Shown here in pieces: positions 16,168 to 21,940 of a DNA stretch of 21,940 nucleotides; positions within the stretch are counted from its first letter, which is position 1; every line of letters starts with the position of its first letter. Position numbers and translations under genes: made by a program. Origin of the DNA: Polyangiaceae bacterium (GTDB taxonomy: Bacteria; Myxococcota_A; Polyangia; Polyangiales; Polyangiaceae); assembly GCA_044222475.1 (NCBI GenBank), contig JBGANF010000132.1:1-21940 (forward strand), read 5' to 3'. The notes beneath the pieces are model-generated. The model was given only the letters and a program-made list of their open reading frames with translations. It was not told the DNA's origin and searched no databases.

Positions 16168-16823
16168 TGCGGGCAGGTGTTGTCGTCGTAGTAGGTCAAG
16201 CCGAGCTTGATGATGGCGCACGCCTCGGTGCACTTGTTCGAGAGGCACTCGCGGGTCTGCGGGCCGATGAGGATCTGCGGGCACTGAGTCGGCAGGCCCC
16301 AACACACGCCGGCGGGATCGGAGATTGCGCAGGAGCCCTTGTTGGCCTGCTTGAAGTTGCATTTCGTGCCGGCCGGGCACTGGATGTTGGCGATGCCGCC
16401 GCACATCTTGCCCGGCTTGCACTCGCCGGCGCCGTTCGGCGTGACGCCCTTGTTCTGGGCGACCGTCGCGTTCCAGTAGGTGATGCCGTCGCAGCCGCAG
16501 ATCGCGTTCAACGCGTTCGTCTCCGCCGGGGCGAGCTTGCAGGTGCCGAGGCCACACGCGACCGCGTCGCAGTAGTACCCCGCACCGCATTGCCCGGTCG
16601 TCGAGCCGTTGCACGGGATCGCCGCGTCACCGGCGTCGAACGGGGGCGCGACGTCGGGCTGGCCGACGTCGGACGGCGCGCCATCGCTCGGCGCATCGCT
16701 CTTCGCGTCGCCCGGCTTCGCGTCGAGCGACGCGTCACGACCGGCATCGACGGAGGACACCGGATCGGTGCCGCACGCGGCGAGAGCGAGGAGGGAGACG
16801 ATCGAGAGATGACGCGCGCCCAT
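16164..16823 (-). CDS. Cysteine-rich lipoprotein with Kazal-like module(s) (219 aa)
   Basis: Lipobox LAA-C, an Asp-periodic linker, ICGCDGITYWN...G......GEC (Kazal-like) and CGGIANIQCP..C. 18 Cys after the lipobox. Confidence 0.8.
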   Translation of the reverse strand: MGARHLSIVSLLALAACGTDPVSSVDAGRDASLDAKPGDAKSDAPSDGAPSDVGQPDVAPPFDAGDAAIPCNGSTTGQCGAGYYCDAVACGLGTCKLAPAETNALNAICGCDGITYWNATVAQNKGVTPNGAGECKPGKMCGGIANIQCPAGTKCNFKQANKGSCAISDPAGVCWGLPTQCPQILIGPQTRECLSNKCTEACAIIKLGLTYYDDNTCPQ

Positions 16824-16825
16824 GA

Positions 16826-17281
16826 TCACTTCTTCTTCTTCTTGGCCGCCTTCTTCGGAGCGGCCTTCTTGGCCGCCTTCTTCGGAGCGGCCTTCTTCTT
16901 CGCGGCTTTCTTCGGCGCGGGGGCCTTCTTCGCCGACTCCCACACTCCGAGCGATGCGCCTTGCGGGTCGACGAACACGCCGATGGCGCCCATGTCGCCG
17001 ATCGGTTGGTAGTCGAGGACGATGTTCGCGCCGGCGGCCTTCGCCTTGGCGAGCGTGGCCTTCACGTCGGCGACGGTGACGTAGGGCATCCACGCGGTGG
17101 GCTGGCTGGGCATCTGCAACGGCTGCATGCCGCCGCCGGTCTTGCCCTTCCCGACGTCGACCATCGTGTACGGCATGCCCGGCATGTCCTTCAGCTTCCA
17201 GTTGAAGATCGATGCGTAGAACTTCTTCGCCGTGGCGAGGTCGCCGGTCGAAAGCTCACAGTGCGCGAAATCGTTGGCCAT
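16826..17281 (-). CDS. VOC/glyoxalase/bleomycin-resistance family protein with a Lys/Ala/Pro-rich C-terminal tail
   Basis: FAHCEL..D...AKKFY..IFNW, GGGM, WMPYVTVADV..GA and FVDPQGA.LGVW. Tail KKAPAPKKAAKKKAAPKKAAKKAAPKKAAKKKKK. Strong SD AAGGAGG upstream. Confidence 0.92.
   Translation of the reverse strand: MANDFAHCELSTGDLATAKKFYASIFNWKLKDMPGMPYTMVDVGKGKTGGGMQPLQMPSQPTAWMPYVTVADVKATLAKAKAAGANIVLDYQPIGDMGAIGVFVDPQGASLGVWESAKKAPAPKKAAKKKAAPKKAAKKAAPKKAAKKKKK
16839..16892. repeat. Perfect 27-bp tandem repeat (x2, plus a degenerate third copy) encoding AAPKKAAKK
   Basis: TTCTTGGCCGCCTTCTTCGGAGCGGCC at 16839-16865 and 16866-16892. Confidence 0.9.
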
Positions 17282-17462
17282 GGTTTCCCTCCTTGGGAGG
17301 CCGAGAGCGTACCCACGAATGCGACGGAGGGGCAGGGTCGCGATGCGGATCGCCGTCGATCACCATGGTGCACGGCCCGCCCTCGCCAGCACCGCCCGCG
17401 TCGGCGTAACCATCGGAAATGACGACGATTCGATCTGGCATGATGCGTGAAAGGTAGGAGGC

Positions 17463-19028
17463 ATGCGTACCCTGTTCGCTGCCCTTGCCGTCACCGTCGC
17501 CTGTGGCTGTTCGGCGTCCGGATCGGACGAGCTCCTGACCGGCGACGACGAAGGCGAAGTGACGAGCGCGCTCGAGACGCGCACGCTCACGCTCCGGCCC
17601 GACGTCGTGCTCGCGCCCTCGTTCGCCGGCTTCGGTGCGCAGTACAACCAGAACGTCTTCGCCGACGTGAGCAAGCAGGACGGCGTGACGGCGACCAACG
17701 TGCCGACCCTCGAAGGGAAGCTCCGCCGCATGCAGCCGGGCTACGTGCGCATCTTCTGGGACTCGGGTGCGAGCGCCGACGAGGCGGCGTCGTTCGTGCG
17801 CACCGTGACGATGGCGCAGAGCGCGGGCGCGACGATCGACGTCACCTACTGGCACGGTCCGTACAAGAACCCGCCGGCGCAGATGAAGGCGTTCGCACAG
17901 GTGCTGAACGGGCTGTTCACCAAACCGTCGCCGCCGTCGTCGCTCGACGTCACGATTCAGAACGAGGTCAACACGACGCCGTGCGTGACGCAGGAGGTCT
18001 ACGGCCAGCTCTACGTCGCGCTCGATGGCGAGCTCCGCGCGCTCGGGCTGCGGAGCAAGGTCCGCTTCATCGGCGGCGATCTCCTCAAGGGTGGCGTGAG
18101 CGAGGACACCCCGCAAGCGTTCTCGGAGCGCGTGCAGCGCTGCATGAAGGAGTGCGGCTGGACGCAGCTCGCGTGCAACGACAAGGCCCAGTCCGATGCC
18201 TCCACCCAGGAGGCGTGGCTTCGAGACTTCGCCACGCGGCCGGTGCAAGGCGTGCCCGGTGCGACCGTCCTCGCCGACATGTTCGCCGGGTACTCGGCGC
18301 ACGTCTACTGGGACTACTGGAGTCGTACCAAAATGGGACTGCGGCTCGACGGCCTGAAGAAGGCGATCGCGGACCTGCCGCCGGCGTACCGGAAGCCCCT
18401 GTACATCACCGAGTTCGGAGCTCGCGGTGACGTGAGCGCGGTTTCGGCGCCCGGCCTCTTCGACGAAGCGAAGCCCGCGCTCGACGCGGACGGCATGCCG
18501 TTCGTCGCGTCGAACGGGTACCCGATGGCCGACACCTACGTCGAAGCGTTCCAGACGGGCCGCTTCGCGATCGAGGCGCTGAAGCGCGGCGTCGTCGCGG
18601 CGGTCCGGTGGGACGCGTTCGATGCGCACTACCACCCCGATCCGGGCGGCAACTTCTCGATCCTGAAGAACGGAAAAGCGGAGTGGGCGCCCACGCCGAG
18701 CTACCCGGTGATGCAGCTCCTCGGCGAGTCGAGCATGCGCGGCTGGGCGGTCGTAGCGGTCGACGGCGACGACCGCGCCGGCGTCGTCGCGGCGGGGCTC
18801 GCGAGCGCGGGCGGTGGCCGCACCCTCTACGTGGTGAACGACACCGCGGCGAAGCAGAAGCTGACGCTGAAGGGCCTCCCGCGGAACGCGTGGCTCCGCG
18901 TGCTGCGGTGGACGCGCTCCGAAGGAACGACCCGCGCGGTGACCGCGGTGAAGACGAACGAGGCCGGGGTGGCCAACTACGACGCGCCGATGCACGCGAT
19001 CGTCGCCGTCACGACGCTCGCGCCCTGA
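17463..19028 (+). CDS. Lipoprotein, probable clan GH-A glycoside hydrolase with a C-terminal beta-sandwich
   Basis: SD AGGAGG; signal peptide with VAC/CGC lipobox; FAGFGAQ, YVRIF, TIQNEVN (acid/base Glu), YSAHVY, PLYITEFG (nucleophile Glu), TLYVVN and a terminal beta domain as in GH30/39/79-type enzymes. The family cannot be assigned by eye. Confidence 0.75.
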   Translation: MRTLFAALAVTVACGCSASGSDELLTGDDEGEVTSALETRTLTLRPDVVLAPSFAGFGAQYNQNVFADVSKQDGVTATNVPTLEGKLRRMQPGYVRIFWDSGASADEAASFVRTVTMAQSAGATIDVTYWHGPYKNPPAQMKAFAQVLNGLFTKPSPPSSLDVTIQNEVNTTPCVTQEVYGQLYVALDGELRALGLRSKVRFIGGDLLKGGVSEDTPQAFSERVQRCMKECGWTQLACNDKAQSDASTQEAWLRDFATRPVQGVPGATVLADMFAGYSAHVYWDYWSRTKMGLRLDGLKKAIADLPPAYRKPLYITEFGARGDVSAVSAPGLFDEAKPALDADGMPFVASNGYPMADTYVEAFQTGRFAIEALKRGVVAAVRWDAFDAHYHPDPGGNFSILKNGKAEWAPTPSYPVMQLLGESSMRGWAVVAVDGDDRAGVVAAGLASAGGGRTLYVVNDTAAKQKLTLKGLPRNAWLRVLRWTRSEGTTRAVTAVKTNEAGVANYDAPMHAIVAVTTLAP

Positions 19029-19077
19029 CGCTTGCAAGTGCGCACCGGGTGGCGCAAGGTCATGCGCCGGATCCTCA

Positions 19078-19677
19078 ATGACCACCCTCCTCCTGGTCCG
19101 GCACGGCCAGACCGACGCCAACGCGCAGCAGGTGTTCCAAGGGCAACAGGGTGCGGGCCTCAACGACGCGGGGCGCGCGCAGGCGGCCCTACTCGGGTCT
19201 CGGATTCGAGGCGCCGGTATCGCGCGCGTCGTGTGCTCCGATCAAGAGCGCGCGGTCGAGACCGCGACGATCGCCAGCCGCGGGATGGAGCTGCCGATCG
19301 AGCTCGACCCAGCGCTGCGCGAGATCGACGTCGGTGCGTGGAGCGGGCTCTCGTACGCCGAGGCCGAGGCGCGCTTCCCCGACGAGTGGGCGCAGTGGGT
19401 CGCCGGGGGCGACGCGCGCCGCGGCGGCGGCGAGACCTACGGCGAGCTGGCGCTGCGGATCCACGCGGCGCTCGCGCGCGTCGCGGAGGCGAGCGCCGGC
19501 AAGACGACGCTCGTCGTGACCCACGGCGCGGCGCTGCGTTCGTTCGTGTGTCACGTCCTCGGGCTCGTCCCGCCGGGGCCGAAGTCGCTGGGCGGCGCGT
19601 CGAACTGCGGGCTGACGATCGTGCGCTGGGACGGAGCGTTTCGTCTGCTCAGTTGGAACCAACCGGTGGAGGAGTGA
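19078..19677 (+). CDS. Histidine phosphatase (phosphoglycerate mutase-like) family protein
   Basis: LLVRHGQT..N, SD..RA.ETA, LREID.G.WSG, GGET and LVVTHG. Confidence 0.95.
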   Translation: MTTLLLVRHGQTDANAQQVFQGQQGAGLNDAGRAQAALLGSRIRGAGIARVVCSDQERAVETATIASRGMELPIELDPALREIDVGAWSGLSYAEAEARFPDEWAQWVAGGDARRGGGETYGELALRIHAALARVAEASAGKTTLVVTHGAALRSFVCHVLGLVPPGPKSLGGASNCGLTIVRWDGAFRLLSWNQPVEE

Positions 19678-19678
19678 G

Positions 19679-20896
19679 ATGGCCGATCGCGAGCTCGACG
19701 TTCTTCTATGGGGCGCTACCGGGTTCACCGGCGGGCTCGTGGCGGAGTACCTCGTCAAGCGCCACCCGACGACGCGCTTCGCGATCGGCGGTCGAAACGC
19801 GGCGAAGCTCGACGACGTGAAGCGCGCGCTCGCCGCGTACGGCGACGTGAGCAAGCTCCCAGTCGTCGTCGCCGATCCGGCATCGAAGGACGCAATGACC
19901 GCGGTCGCGCGGCGGGCCCGAGTCGTCGCATCCACCGCCGGGCCGTTCAACGCGTACGGTCGCGAGCTCCTCGGCGCGTGCGCTCGAGAGGGCACGCACT
20001 ACTGCGATCTGACCGGTGAGCCCACGTTCGTGCGGTGGGCGATCGACCACTACCACGACGTCGCGGTCGCGAACGGCGCGCGCATCGTGCCGTGTTGCGG
20101 GTTCGACTCGATCCCGAGCGACCTCGGCGTGCTCGTCGCCCACGAGGCGCTCGCTGCGCGCGGGAGCGGGCTGCGAAGCGCGGAGCTCTGCGTCGCATCG
20201 ATGTCCGGCGGCGTCAGCGGCGGAACGGCGGCGAGCATGCTCCTCCTCATGGAGGAGGCATCCCGCGATCCCGAGACGCGCCGGCTCATCGAGGACCCGC
20301 ACGCGCTCGATCCCCCAGGCTCTCCCCGCGGACCGGACGTGCGCGACGTCTACGATGCGCGGTTCGACGAGAGCATCGGCAAGTGGACCGCGCCGTTCAT
20401 CATGCGGGCGATCAACGGTCGGATCGTCCGCCGATCCAACGCGCTCCTCGGGCACCCTTACGGTCAGGACTTCCGGTACGACGAGCGCGTCGCGGTCGGC
20501 CGCGGCTTCACCGGTCGGGTCCGCGCGTCGGCGATGGCGTTCGGCATGCAGGTCGGGACGCCGTTGCTCTTGCGACCGGGGATTCGCAGCCTCGTCGCCA
20601 AGCGAGTTCCCAAACCGGGCACTGGCCCATCGCGAGAGAAGCGCGAGCGCGGCAAGTTCGTCATCGTCGTCCACGGCGTGGGGAAGGGGAGCGATCGCGT
20701 CACCGTGACGATCCGCGGTGAGCAGGATCCCGGCTACGGCGAGACGGCGAAGATGATCGCCGAGGCCGCGCTGGCCCTCGCGGGCGACCCGGCCAAGCTA
20801 CCGCCGCGTACCGGCGTGCTCACGCCGGCGAGTGGCATCGGCGACGTACTCGTGGAGCGTCTGAGGGCGCAGAAGATGTCGTTCGACGTGAGCTGA
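19679..20896 (+). CDS. Saccharopine dehydrogenase-like NADP-binding oxidoreductase
   Basis: WGATGFTG, IGGRN..KL, AGPF..YG, HYCDLTGE, CCGFDSIPSDLG, SGGT..S, DPGY..TAKM..E and GVLTPA. Confidence 0.92.
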   Translation: MADRELDVLLWGATGFTGGLVAEYLVKRHPTTRFAIGGRNAAKLDDVKRALAAYGDVSKLPVVVADPASKDAMTAVARRARVVASTAGPFNAYGRELLGACAREGTHYCDLTGEPTFVRWAIDHYHDVAVANGARIVPCCGFDSIPSDLGVLVAHEALAARGSGLRSAELCVASMSGGVSGGTAASMLLLMEEASRDPETRRLIEDPHALDPPGSPRGPDVRDVYDARFDESIGKWTAPFIMRAINGRIVRRSNALLGHPYGQDFRYDERVAVGRGFTGRVRASAMAFGMQVGTPLLLRPGIRSLVAKRVPKPGTGPSREKRERGKFVIVVHGVGKGSDRVTVTIRGEQDPGYGETAKMIAEAALALAGDPAKLPPRTGVLTPASGIGDVLVERLRAQKMSFDVS

Positions 20897-20899
20897 GCG

Positions 20900-21940
20900 T
20901 CACGTCGCGCGGAGCGCCAGCGCCGCGTGGCTCACGATCGAGCCGTCGTCTTCGTCGATGGTCTGCTCGTAGTGCAGGAGCTCCGGTGAAGTCGCGCTCG
21001 CTCCGAGTACCTCGAGCAGCGACATCATCGGCGCGAGACCACACACGCGGCGCTCGTCGAGATCTTCGGCGACGTGCTCCCAGAACCCGTCGTTCTCGCG
21101 CGCTCCGAAGCGACGGAGCGACTCTCGGTCGCGCGTCTCGAGCGCGGCCCGCCCGGCCTCGTCCTTGGGCGACGGGTCGCCGAAGCGCGGACCGACGTGG
21201 GCGAGATCGGCTCCGGCGATCACGACGACGCGCCCAGAGCGCTTCTCGACGATGGTTCGGAGCGCATCGAAGAAGTGCGCGACTCGGGCGTCTTTGCGGG
21301 GCGACTTCCCCGTCGACTGCGCGCTCCCGAGCCCCGCGAGGATCGGGATGATCCGCGCCTCGCGCTTGCCGAGGACGTGCCGCAGGAAAGCCGCTTGAAA
21401 CTCGATCGAGTGCTCTCGCTTGTGGTTCAGCATGTCGCGGTAGGGATCGAAGCGCGCCGCCGCCGCGAGCGCGTCGACCGCGGCCTCGTCAACCGGCATC
21501 GGCCCGAGCGGCGTGTCGTACCCCTTGCGCAACAGCGCGAACGGCTCGCGCATGAGCGCGTGCGACGTGCCGAACACGAGGAACGTATCGACGTCGGGCG
21601 CGGCGTCGAGCGCGCGGCGGAGCGCACCATAAGCGTGACCGTAGCCCACCGCGCCGCGCCACGGATCGATGTGCGGCGCGACCAACCCGACGATCGGGCT
21701 CGCGCCGTCGCTCTTCCCGTGCGCGAGGCAGTCGTCGTTCATGTAGTCTGCAAGCTTCTCCGGTTCGCCGGGGTACGCGCCGCCGGCGTGCGACGCGGGT
21801 CGGAGCGCGAGCCGCTCGAACTCGGCGTTGGCCGCTTCGAGCGCCGCATCGAACGTCGGCCCCACGAGCATGAGCGCGCGATCGAGGTCGTCGGCGAGCT
21901 GGGTCACGATCTCGATCGGCGCCGAGAGCTCGCGCGCGAG
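20900..21940 (-). CDS. MEMO1 family (AmmeMemoRadiSam system protein B); 5' end lies beyond the window
   Basis: HAG..YP, VAPHID, GTSH, TPLG, HKREHSIEFQ, ADLAHVGPRFGD, VCG and SIVS.A. The frame stays open to the window end (LARELSAPIEIVTQL...). Confidence 0.9.
   Translation of the reverse strand, partial: LARELSAPIEIVTQLADDLDRALMLVGPTFDAALEAANAEFERLALRPASHAGGAYPGEPEKLADYMNDDCLAHGKSDGASPIVGLVAPHIDPWRGAVGYGHAYGALRRALDAAPDVDTFLVFGTSHALMREPFALLRKGYDTPLGPMPVDEAAVDALAAAARFDPYRDMLNHKREHSIEFQAAFLRHVLGKREARIIPILAGLGSAQSTGKSPRKDARVAHFFDALRTIVEKRSGRVVVIAGADLAHVGPRFGDPSPKDEAGRAALETRDRESLRRFGARENDGFWEHVAEDLDERRVCGLAPMMSLLEVLGASATSPELLHYEQTIDEDDGSIVSHAALALRAT

Noticed and set aside
13060..16614. Extended track versions of the Cys-rich lipoprotein (13060 start) and the amidase (16614 start), suggesting fusions or frameshifts
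   Set aside because: The extensions are off-frame readings of neighbouring genes. The signal peptide at 14185 and the GTGA overlap at 16164-16167 define the true starts.
16839..16930. Tandem repeat as a CRISPR-like array
   Set aside because: The units are contiguous with no spacers, in frame, and encode the Lys-rich tail.

Overview
High-GC (roughly 70% by eye), very densely coding bacterial window. The gene content looks like Myxococcota, probably Polyangiales-like; this is an inference from the Cys-rich lipoproteins with Asp-Ala-Gly linkers, AgmX/PglI-type C-terminal domains and sigma54 promoter matches. I can support 21 CDS (two truncated by the window edges), one tRNA-Gly(GCC) with a promoter and a downstream hairpin, and two sigma54-type promoter matches. 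Housekeeping or enzyme genes: pap-like PPK2 fragment, fumC, murI, amidase, histidine phosphatase, saccharopine-dehydrogenase-like protein, MEMO1-family protein and FrnE/DsbA. They are mixed with six predicted lipoproteins. I see no mobile element, integrase, CRISPR array or recognisable defence island. I cannot establish a new multi-gene system from sequence alone. The best leads are: (1) a ~1280-aa TPR solenoid with a central C39-like protease carrying an intact catalytic set and no transporter or signal peptide; (2) a prokaryotic pentameric ligand-gated ion channel with an unusual Cys pattern and an uncharged selectivity region, followed by an ABC exporter-like pair; (3) a VOC enzyme with a histone-H1-like tail, tightly coupled to a Kazal-like lipoprotein and an amidase; (4) a recurring TAnnnY-N6-8-start motif suggesting widespread leaderless transcription. 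All family assignments are by motif recognition; no searches were run.
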